Below are positions 8,938 through 16,782 of a stretch of DNA of 61,078 bases, piece after piece (position 1 is the first letter of the stretch; each line of letters starts with the position of its first letter). The notes under the pieces were generated by a model. The model made no database searches. It was not told where the DNA came from and was given only the letters and a program-made list of their open reading frames with translations. The stretch is taken from the IMG/VR virus record IMGVR_UViG_3300027718_000001, positions 1 through 61,078 of that record. One strand, given 5' to 3'. The translations under genes were made by a program, and so were the position numbers. This stretch comes from a virus.

Positions 8938-9590
8938 GCTCTCTAACTTCCCTATAGTTGGAGAGCTTTTTTCATTCTTTTCAAAGGATATATATGGTAT
9001 AATTATCTAGTCGATATAATAATAAATATCGATATGGTGGGGAGAGTGCTCAAACATTTAAGAAATCTTAATCTCAAAAATCAAAGTGGATAAGTCGTCT
9101 ATCTCTCTTTTTAGCATTATTCTCTTTGATAAGAGCCTATTTTCTGTGGTGGGAGAAAGGGCTCTTTTTTTGTTTAAATGTAAAGAAGGTGGGTATTAAT
9201 TAGATGTACAGTTATCTAAGTTTACCCACCTTTGTCTATAGTATGTTTCTATCAGACCCTTTATCTTTAGGATAGAGGGTTTTTCTATGTATAGAATATA
9301 AATGTTAGTAAAGACTATTTTTATACCCTCCGAGGGGTAGAATCTCATTAGACCTTCTATTTAGGGGCACTGGATAGAAGGTCTTTTCTTTTGTATTTAA
9401 AAAGTGATATACTTATATGGATTTCACACATACACATTTCGTGTACGTTTTTGCTGAGAGAAAGAGTAACTTTAGGGTTGCTCTTTTTTTCGTGAAATGG
9501 TATAATTTCCAAAAATAAAGTTTCTACATTAGTTTTGTAAGATAAAACTTATCGGAGAACCACCTTACTTCTGTAGGGTGGTTTTTTCGT
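8938..9590 (+). terminator. ORF-free array of about 7 plus-oriented terminator-like hairpins with at least two TGnTATAAT promoters (candidate small RNAs)
   Basis: Stem plus T-run units near 8938-8972, 9130-9172, 9255-9286, 9349-9400, 9426-9452, 9464-9492 and 9559-9588. tggtataat at about 8995-9003 and 9498-9506. Confidence 0.55.
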
Positions 9591-9613
9591 GCAAAAAAAA
9601 GAAGCAACCATGA

Positions 9614-9706
9614 TTATTTTGGTTGCCGTTTCTGGTGTTCTTTTATCGCTTGTTTATTTTTTGCATCTTGTGTGAAGATCATCATCATGATCATATCGAA
9701 TAACAT
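9614..9706 (-). CDS. 30-aa peptide at the end of the minus T4SS operon
   Basis: SD aaggagg. Peptide MLFDMIMMMIFTQDAKNKQAIKEHQKRQPK. Followed by a minus-strand terminator, caacca...tggttg plus T run. Confidence 0.35.
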   Translation of the reverse strand: MLFDMIMMMIFTQDAKNKQAIKEHQKRQPK

Positions 9707-9719
9707 TTATATCACCTCC

Positions 9720-10127
9720 TTATTGAAAGGTTAACTTCCATTTCCCTTCTTCTTTCACTAGGTCATAAGGTTTTATTTCAATGCTTCCATCTTCATTAGT
9801 AACCTTTACATCTATAGTCGCTGTTTGTCCGTTAATCTTCACGGTATCTTCTAGAGGATCAACCTTTTTATAATAACCGGCTTCTCTCTTTATGCCTTCT
9901 GAAATCGTTCCTGCAAGCCATGTACCGTTTTTATAATATTGAACAACCTCTGCTGCTACATATTCTTTCGCTTGATCAAGTTCACCCTTTTTAGCATTAT
10001 CGTAAAAAGCGGTAATAGAACTACTTGGATCATTATTTGTTTGAGCTTCAGCAAAGGCGAAGTATGAAGCCCCGCCTATGCCTGTTGCTAATGATAAAGC
10101 TATGATTGTCTTTTTAATCTTATTCAT
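9720..10127 (-). CDS. Secreted NTF2-like/DUF4878-like protein (possible VirB8-type scaffold)
   Basis: Signal peptide; C-terminal EEGKWKLTFQ; location next to the VirB6-like gene. Confidence 0.4.
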   Translation of the reverse strand: MNKIKKTIIALSLATGIGGASYFAFAEAQTNNDPSSSITAFYDNAKKGELDQAKEYVAAEVVQYYKNGTWLAGTISEGIKREAGYYKKVDPLEDTVKINGQTATIDVKVTNEDGSIEIKPYDLVKEEGKWKLTFQ

Positions 10128-10141
10128 GAATTATCCTCCTA

Positions 10142-10999
10142 TTATTTCGCCATAGGTATTTTTGTAATTCGTGAAGCGGCATATTTCATAACCGCAATCT
10201 TTCCTGCGCCGTTAGCGGCTCCTACAACTGTTTTACCAGCTCCAGATGAATAGATGAAAGTTCTAAGGTATTTAGGACCAACAATTAAAACGATGATTAA
10301 ACCACAAGCCATGATCAATTCATTTAGATCTTTACCATTACCAATTTGATTTAATATGAGAGATAAAACAGTTAATTGAAAAGCTTGTGTGAAGATTGTA
10401 GAAATTACTTCACGCCACCAGATAGGCCAGATATTCATTTCTTCATTTACAATAGTAATTCCAGCAATCGGTGCTCCTATAAATAAGATAGCTAATTCAG
10501 CTTGTCGAATAACGTATTGAATCGCTAGGATCAAATAAAGAATTACGATAACGAATGATGCAAAAGTAAGAGCTATATTTGATGTCACTGGATTTAAAAT
10601 AAAATTAGAAAATCTATCAGTGTCGAGACCTTGCTTTAAAAGAGCTTTACAATAAACGTTATTAAGTTTTAATAAACCTTGTGTCATGATGATTGGAGCG
10701 CCACATGCTAGGAATACACCTAAAAATGATTTAACAACGATTTCAGAAGCTGAACGGCTAACGTTACCACTAAAACCATTAAAATAGTATCTAATAACGT
10801 TGTAACTTAAAAACAGACTACATAAAGTAATGGCTAATGGAATCATCCATTCAGACATTGTACCTACATATCCTTTTTCAAAAGATGTAGGTTTTAAAAG
10901 GTATATTTCTAACCAATGCCAAGCGGCATCAGCCATAGCATCAATCAGTTGTTTCAAAAGGTCTGTAAGCCACTCTATAGGGCTTTTAAATGGGTTCAT
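10142..10999 (-). CDS. Polytopic membrane protein, VirB6/TrbL-like
   Basis: About 6 predicted TM segments; sits between the T4CP and VirB8-like genes. Confidence 0.5.
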   Translation of the reverse strand: MNPFKSPIEWLTDLLKQLIDAMADAAWHWLEIYLLKPTSFEKGYVGTMSEWMIPLAITLCSLFLSYNVIRYYFNGFSGNVSRSASEIVVKSFLGVFLACGAPIIMTQGLLKLNNVYCKALLKQGLDTDRFSNFILNPVTSNIALTFASFVIVILYLILAIQYVIRQAELAILFIGAPIAGITIVNEEMNIWPIWWREVISTIFTQAFQLTVLSLILNQIGNGKDLNELIMACGLIIVLIVGPKYLRTFIYSSGAGKTVVGAANGAGKIAVMKYAASRITKIPMAK

Positions 11000-11045
11000 T
11001 TGTTGTGTTCCTCCTTATTATAACCTAAAGTTTGGGTCAATATAC

Positions 11046-11060
11046 GTGTATCAGACTAAA
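11046..11060 (-). promoter_or_regulatory. TTTAGTCTnATAyAC motif copy
   Basis: gtgtatcagactaaa on the plus strand, upstream of the minus-strand gene 10999. Confidence 0.55.
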
Positions 11061-11101
11061 TTTATATAAAATAGTTCTTAAGTTTTGGATATGAGACTAA
11101 G

Positions 11102-13336
11102 TTAAACCTTATCTAGATCACCATATTCATCAGCAGGAACAGTTTTCTTTTTCCGTTTAGAACGTGGTTTAGATTCTTGTTTCATTTCTGCTTGCTCATG
11201 TTCTGATAATGGTGGTTCTTCCATTAGGAAAGCATCAGGTGGAAGAGTTGGATAATCAGCATCATCAAAATTATTAATTGGTTGTTCTTCTGGAAGTAGG
11301 GCAGGATCTAGAATGTTCAATTGAATTGTTGAATCTTCTTGTTTAGGTTTCTTTTCTCGTTTCTTAGCTTCTTTTTCAGCACCTTCATTAAGAGCTTCAA
11401 CAAATTCAGTTTCAACAGATTTTTTCTCCCTCTTCTTATTTTCTTTTTGAGCACGTTCTTCTTTTGCTTTCTTCAATTGATATTCAGGATCAGCAGAGTT
11501 AATAATCATTTCACTGTTATCACCGAAATCAGCAAGATCTAAAGGTTTATTCCCATTCGCTTCAAATAGTTTCTTAATTAATTCTCTAGGTTGGAATACA
11601 TCATATTCTGTACGTTCTGGAAAAGGGAATTTAAAACGGCTTATTGGTTCACCTAGTAGAGAATTCAATTCATCAATTTCATGTAACCATGCTTTTCTAA
11701 CTAACATAGGCATTTTAGTTCTCATTAAGACTATTAATGTATCATCATCTAGTCTTTGAAGATCCTCAGCCATCATGAGCTGTTTACCTGTAAAGCTTAA
11801 TGATGAACTTTCAGAAGATCCATTCTTACCAGAAGAATTTGATTCACTATCAATTTGAATCGTTGTTCGTCCTATCATTTTAGCGAAGTATTCAGCCGAT
11901 TCAGTGTTGTTAGCTCCTAGATAGATACGAGTATCACAGTTATCTATAATTTCTTCTGCAAGATCTTGACCCCATCTATGCCTTAATTGTCCTAAAGATT
12001 GAATAACAAGCATTACACTCATACCATAAGATCTCATTGTACTTAAACGTTCTGTAAATTGAGGTAAGCGACCAATGTTACAAAATTCATCAATCAAAAA
12101 TTTAACCTTAACAGGAAGTTTATTATTATTGTGATCAGCTACATGATAAAGTTCACCAAACATTTGATCAAAGAAGGTACTGATTAAAGGTCTAAATCGT
12201 GCTTCTGCAATTGGCATGATAACGAATAGAATTACTTTTTTATGTGCTAGGTCATGAAAGTTAAAATCATTTGTATAGGTGAAATCACATACTTCTGGAT
12301 ATTTCCATAAATCCATTGTTACCGAAGCGGTTGTAAAAACGTCTGCTGCTGTTTTTCCTCTCAATTTACTAATAGCTTGATAGTAGGCTCTTTTCGCTAT
12401 ATGGGTATCTGGTAAGCTTAGATATAGGAAATGAATGTGTTCAAATGAAGAAGTAAGTAATTCATATACACTTCCCATATGTTGCTGTTCTGGCTTCAAT
12501 ACATATTTCACATACAGGATAAGAGCAGATAAGAGTGATTTCTCAGCCTTTCCCCAGAAGTCAGATTGTTCTTTATTGCCTGCTGTAGCATTAGAAACAA
12601 TCGTTTCAACTATTTTATTAGCATCACTAGGTTTTCTAATGTAGCTTAGACATTCATAGCGTATAGAATATTCAAGTTCACTAAAATTAGCTACTATGAC
12701 TTCAAAACCTTGTAATCTCTTAATCTCAGCGCAAGATTCTAGCAATTCGCCTTTCGGATCAGTCACCACTATTGATCTATCAGTTATATTAACGATATTC
12801 GGTTTAATTAATCCTTGTGTTTTACCTGTACCTGCACCACCGAAAACGGCTATATTCTTATTCTTTTTTGTTTCTTCATTTAAAAGGATAAGTTTTTTCT
12901 TATTGTATCGGGCTAAGATGATAGCGCCAGATTCTAGATCATCGGTTATATCTCGTTTATCAAATATATCTGATTTTGTAGCCCATCTTGTGTTACCGTG
13001 TGAATTGTATTCATGAGCATCTTCTGCTTGTTTCTTTTTCATATTCTTTAAGATATGCCATGAGAAGAAACCAACACCGACCAGGAAACATAAGGGTTGC
13101 ATATCCATATTTATATTGCCTAGTATCGTTTGAAATGGATGTTCTAATAATGGATGAAAAACATCACCTACACTCACATGAGAGGTATTTGTACCACTAT
13201 TCATAGATCTTGTTACATCTTTTAGATCTGTTAAAGGTTGTTTCAAACTAAGAGCAGTACCAAAAACGAATTCAGATAATCCACCCATGAAGATCCCTTT
13301 TGCTATTGCTGGCTTAAGTTCTTTTTTGATCCCCAT
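11102..13336 (-). CDS. virD4: Type IV coupling protein (VirD4/TraG family)
   Basis: N-terminal TM segments; Walker A FGGAGTGKTQG; Walker B-like FLIDEFCNIG; 744 aa with an acidic/Lys-rich tail. Confidence 0.85.
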   Translation of the reverse strand: MGIKKELKPAIAKGIFMGGLSEFVFGTALSLKQPLTDLKDVTRSMNSGTNTSHVSVGDVFHPLLEHPFQTILGNINMDMQPLCFLVGVGFFSWHILKNMKKKQAEDAHEYNSHGNTRWATKSDIFDKRDITDDLESGAIILARYNKKKLILLNEETKKNKNIAVFGGAGTGKTQGLIKPNIVNITDRSIVVTDPKGELLESCAEIKRLQGFEVIVANFSELEYSIRYECLSYIRKPSDANKIVETIVSNATAGNKEQSDFWGKAEKSLLSALILYVKYVLKPEQQHMGSVYELLTSSFEHIHFLYLSLPDTHIAKRAYYQAISKLRGKTAADVFTTASVTMDLWKYPEVCDFTYTNDFNFHDLAHKKVILFVIMPIAEARFRPLISTFFDQMFGELYHVADHNNNKLPVKVKFLIDEFCNIGRLPQFTERLSTMRSYGMSVMLVIQSLGQLRHRWGQDLAEEIIDNCDTRIYLGANNTESAEYFAKMIGRTTIQIDSESNSSGKNGSSESSSLSFTGKQLMMAEDLQRLDDDTLIVLMRTKMPMLVRKAWLHEIDELNSLLGEPISRFKFPFPERTEYDVFQPRELIKKLFEANGNKPLDLADFGDNSEMIINSADPEYQLKKAKEERAQKENKKREKKSVETEFVEALNEGAEKEAKKREKKPKQEDSTIQLNILDPALLPEEQPINNFDDADYPTLPPDAFLMEEPPLSEHEQAEMKQESKPRSKRKKKTVPADEYGDLDKV

Positions 13337-13605
13337 TATTCAATCACCTTTCTTTTTTTTTCCGCCTTATCTAAAAGCTTGATTCCACAATTCACAAGGA
13401 AAATACATACCTTTAGAACGAAATGAACGAAGTATAACCACACTCCAATAGTTATTACAAAAGCAAGAATTGCAGAGAATACAGTGATTGAAGCGTATAG
13501 TATTGCTTGTAAAGCTTCATTATTTAAAAAAGCGTGTTCTGTCATTCCCCATAATTTTGATGGAATATACCATATAAGGTTTCTGAAATTATCTATAAAG
13601 TTCAT
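13336..13605 (-). CDS. Small membrane protein
   Basis: Two TM segments; ATGA-coupled to the T4CP gene. Confidence 0.5.
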   Translation of the reverse strand: MNFIDNFRNLIWYIPSKLWGMTEHAFLNNEALQAILYASITVFSAILAFVITIGVWLYFVHFVLKVCIFLVNCGIKLLDKAEKKRKVIE

Positions 13606-13607
13606 AT

Positions 13608-14279
13608 TTATCTAGACCTCCTTTGTGATCTTCTATGAGCCCTTAATTGTTCCATATCTTTCTCATATTCAGCTTCTAATTGGCGCATCTTTATCTGGAA
13701 CTTCAAGTTTTTGACGAATTGTTTTGTAATATCTAAAGATTGACCTTTATTTCGTCCTCTTCTATATCGGTCATTCCATTCAGGCCCACGTATTTGATCT
13801 TTTTCTTCTCTAAATTGCTTTCTAAACCATTCACGTTCTTCTCTACCAACACTAAGGTTCAATTTACGTTCTATTCCATCACGGTCTTTATAAGTCGATT
13901 TAATGGCTACATGAACGTGAGGGTGTCCATCTTCATTATGAATAGCACCAACCCATTCAACACGTTTTCCTTCTTTCAATTGCCAATCTTCCATGATGTT
14001 ACGAACCATCGTTTTATAGTCTTCTTCTTGAAAGCCCGATTTCTTGAATTCATCACCAGACATACTAAAAATTAATGTGTGGATCTTAGCACTGCTTGAA
14101 TGGGAAATTTTTTTGTCTTCTAGAGATTTATTAAATTTATAGACATCAACATTGTTGCTTCTATCGTTAAAAAGTCCATAATGTTTACCATCAGATCTTT
14201 GACGAAAAGCAATATATTTGATGTGATTTTTCGCTTTCCCTAGATTCTTTTTAAAACCCATCGAAACGAATTCACCCAT
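13608..14279 (-). CDS. Short MobP-type relaxase domain protein
   Basis: HNEDGHPHVHVAIKS matches the HxDxxHxH histidine triad. N-terminal IKYIAFR holds the candidate catalytic Tyr. Confidence 0.6.
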   Translation of the reverse strand: MGEFVSMGFKKNLGKAKNHIKYIAFRQRSDGKHYGLFNDRSNNVDVYKFNKSLEDKKISHSSSAKIHTLIFSMSGDEFKKSGFQEEDYKTMVRNIMEDWQLKEGKRVEWVGAIHNEDGHPHVHVAIKSTYKDRDGIERKLNLSVGREEREWFRKQFREEKDQIRGPEWNDRYRRGRNKGQSLDITKQFVKNLKFQIKMRQLEAEYEKDMEQLRAHRRSQRRSR

Positions 14280-14326
14280 AACTCTTAACCTCTTTTCCTT
14301 TTACCCTCTTATTTAATCTTATTGTA

Positions 14327-14341
14327 GTATATCAAACTAAA
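14327..14341 (-). promoter_or_regulatory. TTTAGTCTnATAyAC motif copy (variant TTTAGTTTGATATAC)
   Basis: gtatatcaaactaaa on the plus strand, upstream of the relaxase gene. Confidence 0.5.
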
Positions 14342-14361
14342 TGACTGTAAAAGAAAATAAA

Positions 14362-14859
14362 TTATTGAGCTTCTTGCATCTGATTGTTTTTCATATCAGC
14401 TTGTTTTTTCTTCTGTATCTGTTTAACAGCAATACCTGTTGCATTCTGTAAAAGTTGAATTCCGTTTACTGCTGCTGTCCAATCATCGGCAACTGATTCA
14501 CGGTTAGGATCTAAGATTTCAGAAACAAAAGTTCCATCTAACATTTCTTCTGTTGCTTCTAAAGAATGCTTATGAAGAGAAAGCATAAGGAATGGAATTA
14601 ATTTAACATCTACAGATTGATTGTAGATCATCCCTTTAACTTGATTAAAAAATTTATCTAATTTCCTATTCATAATTCCTTCCATGATTGGAGCATGTAA
14701 TTCATCATGTAGTGCTTGATCTTCTTTTGTTAAAAATGATTTGATCAGATCTTCTACACAAACAGATGGATTTTTATATCCTTGTCGTTCAGAAGCTTCA
14801 ATAAATTCATCTAAAACTTTTGCATCGATGTAGAAATGTTTTCTTGTCTTAACTGCCAT
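14362..14859 (-). CDS. Possible RHH-type relaxosome accessory protein
   Basis: N-terminal KHFYIDAKVLDEFIEASE is RHH-like; lies immediately upstream of the relaxase in the same operon. Confidence 0.4.
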   Translation of the reverse strand: MAVKTRKHFYIDAKVLDEFIEASERQGYKNPSVCVEDLIKSFLTKEDQALHDELHAPIMEGIMNRKLDKFFNQVKGMIYNQSVDVKLIPFLMLSLHKHSLEATEEMLDGTFVSEILDPNRESVADDWTAAVNGIQLLQNATGIAVKQIQKKKQADMKNNQMQEAQ

Positions 14860-14861
14860 AT

Positions 14862-15026
14862 TTAATCCTCCTTATTTTCTTCTAAATATGAATCTGCTAA
14901 TCCATTCATAAAACACCGATAACAGATTTTTAATTTGAATTCTTTCGTATCAGTTAATGCTAAAAAATCACTACCACAACTTTTACATTCTAAGCTTTTT
15001 GTTTCTGTAGTTTCATTTTTCATCAT
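14862..15026 (-). CDS. 54-aa zinc-ribbon protein, below the track cutoff
   Basis: SD aaggag. Hand translation: MMKNETTETKSLECKSCGSDFLALTDTKEFKLKICYRCFMNGLADSYLEENKED. Confidence 0.5.
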   Translation of the reverse strand: MMKNETTETKSLECKSCGSDFLALTDTKEFKLKICYRCFMNGLADSYLEENKED

Positions 15027-15138
15027 TAAGTTCTCCTTAGTTTTTTAAGCCATATATAGTAGATTGTGCAAAATCCTTAATTACGGTATATTAGATTATG
15101 AAATCTCTTATGGTACACAAATGAATGGCTTAGTTATA

Positions 15139-15153
15139 GTATATAAGACTAAA
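15139..15153 (-). promoter_or_regulatory. TTTAGTCTnATAyAC motif copy
   Basis: gtatataagactaaa on the plus strand, about 115 nt upstream of the minus operon start. Confidence 0.5.
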
Positions 15154-15189
15154 AGTGTGCCGTCAAGTAATATTTGTGGTACACAACAC

Positions 15190-15680
15190 AGACCTTGCGT
15201 AGCAAGGCTTTTTAAAACCAGTGTGCTGGTTTTTCTCTCTGCTCAAAGGGGAGAAAGGGCGTAGTGGTAGGATGAAGCGTAGCGAATCAACCACGGTTTT
15301 AGGTGAAAATTCACAATTTGAGCCGTAGCCCCTTTCTCACTTTTCGGGATCTCGTACGCCCTTGTGTGGAGGTCATGGAGCTATGATTTCTTTCGTCCAG
15401 AAAGAGTATCAAGTGTAAAACCGAAACACACCAGAAGGAGCGAAGCGGAGTCTGGAAGCACTTGGCGATTTTGTATTTTGACCTAAGTTGCTACATATTA
15501 TCTAAAGAGAAATTACTTCGGTAAATGATCAGTATCTACCCCATTAAGGCTACTTCGGTATTACGAGCTGTAAGGGCGTATTGAAGCGGTTAGGGGAATT
15601 TGTAAGAAAGATGGCAGGATAAGTGAAAAAGGGTGAAGCGTGCTCTTTTTGTGCGGGATCTGTGCCAAACTCTACATAAT
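15190..15680 (+). ncRNA. GC-enriched ORF-free stem-loop block: candidate large structured RNA, oriT or single-strand origin
   Basis: Hairpins ccttgc/gcaagg and aaccag/ctggtt. A 9-bp helix gagaaaggg (15251-59) / ccctttctc (15330-38) encloses nested stems. Two cUUCGg loops sit at 15513-24 and 15551-60 on the plus strand. Confidence 0.4.
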
Positions 15681-15748
15681 ATAATCTAAAAAAGGTATAA
15701 GTGATTAAGAACAAGAAAAGAATGAATATGAAAGGGGGTTTTCTTGAG

Positions 15749-16462
15749 ATGGGTAAATTAAATAGAGGAAATGTAACCAAGTTGTCAATTAGATTGACTG
15801 GAAATGCTTCTAAGGAAATTCAAAGGTTGTCAATGATCTTGAATCTTTCACAAGCCGGAGTTATTTTACATTCTCTTTCTAAGATCCTGAAAGAAAAACC
15901 TGATATGCACGAATTATTAAATTTAGAAGCTAAGTATGATCTAGCACCTAAAAACTTTGCTCTTACAATCAAAAGAGAAGTCGCTGACAGAATTAATGAT
16001 ATGAATGTTACATTAGATATGAATAAGAATATCTGGGTTGGTTTGTTGGTTTCTGATTACTTTGAAAAACGTCATGAACAACATATTAAGGATCAAGTAC
16101 CACCAGAAGAGTTAGATAGGATAGAAGAAGAATTAGCAAAAGATGAACCTGTAATTAAAACAGATACTACACAAGTTAAGATTGAAATTAATACAGAGCT
16201 AAAAAAAAAGATAGTTGAATTCAGTGAAAAAAACTATATTGCTTTAAGTGGATTAGTGGCTTATTCATTATTAAATGGTCCTTATGAAGATATTCCAGAA
16301 TATCGTTCAGGAGGGAAAGAGGATTTCTTCACAAATATTCCTGTTTATCTATATGAAGATATTAAGAAGAAAACCAAAGGGTTATACCCAAAAGAAGGCT
16401 TCTATTATGAGCTGTGTTTATATAACGCATTTATGGGAGAAGACCCAGTATTCAAGTTGTGA
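15749..16462 (+). CDS. Tandem ribbon-helix-helix DNA-binding protein
   Basis: Two RHH-like units: KLSIRLTGNASKEIQRLSMILNLSQAGVILHSL and QVKIEINTELKKKIVEFSEKNYIALSGLVAYSL. Confidence 0.5.
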   Translation: MGKLNRGNVTKLSIRLTGNASKEIQRLSMILNLSQAGVILHSLSKILKEKPDMHELLNLEAKYDLAPKNFALTIKREVADRINDMNVTLDMNKNIWVGLLVSDYFEKRHEQHIKDQVPPEELDRIEEELAKDEPVIKTDTTQVKIEINTELKKKIVEFSEKNYIALSGLVAYSLLNGPYEDIPEYRSGGKEDFFTNIPVYLYEDIKKKTKGLYPKEGFYYELCLYNAFMGEDPVFKL

Positions 16463-16651
16463 AGTTGGAGCGATAGACGCTCCTTTTTTTTTGGGAAATA
16501 AAGAAGAAAAGTTTTCTCTAGGTGTATAAATACGTGTCATATCAACAGCAAAGACCACCCATTATATTTAGATTGTATAAGGTGGTCTTATCTGTATTCA
16601 TGCTATATATCTATTCGTAAAATCACGACAATATATTTAACTATTAAAATT

Positions 16652-16777
16652 TAGTTTAACTTAAGGTCTACTTGTAGTGTATCAGACTATAATGAGTTGA
16701 ACTTTAGTTCAATTAGAGTGTAACAGACTAAATGTAGTAGTTTAACTTAAGTTCACTTTGTAGGGTATTAGACTAAA
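16652..16777 (-). repeat. Three direct repeats of about 37 bp at 43-44-bp spacing, each ending in the TTTAGTCT motif (iteron or oriT candidate)
   Basis: agtttaacttaaggtctacttgtagtgtatcagacta / agttgaactttagttcaattagagtgtaacagacta / agtttaacttaagttcactttgtagggtattagacta. Confidence 0.7.
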
Positions 16778-16782
16778 TGGGT

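Noticed and set aside
11339-13206. Four plus-strand ORFs (11339-11542, 12435-12644, 12696-13016, 12988-13206)
   Set aside because: They are antisense to the well-supported VirD4-type gene, and their sequences are low-complexity or Ser/Phe-rich, typical of shadow ORFs.
13740-14075. Plus-strand ORF inside the relaxase gene
   Set aside because: It is a shadow ORF antisense to 13608-14279.
15318-15362. Possible group II intron domain V (gagccgta ... gtacg)
   Set aside because: The two arms are not complementary (gagccgta versus gtacgccc), and there are no other group II features and no reverse transcriptase ORF.
15064-15780. ORFs 15064-15264 (+) and 15550-15780 (-)
   Set aside because: They have no SD and implausible composition, and they lie in the stem-loop-dense GC-rich block, so I treated the region as non-coding.
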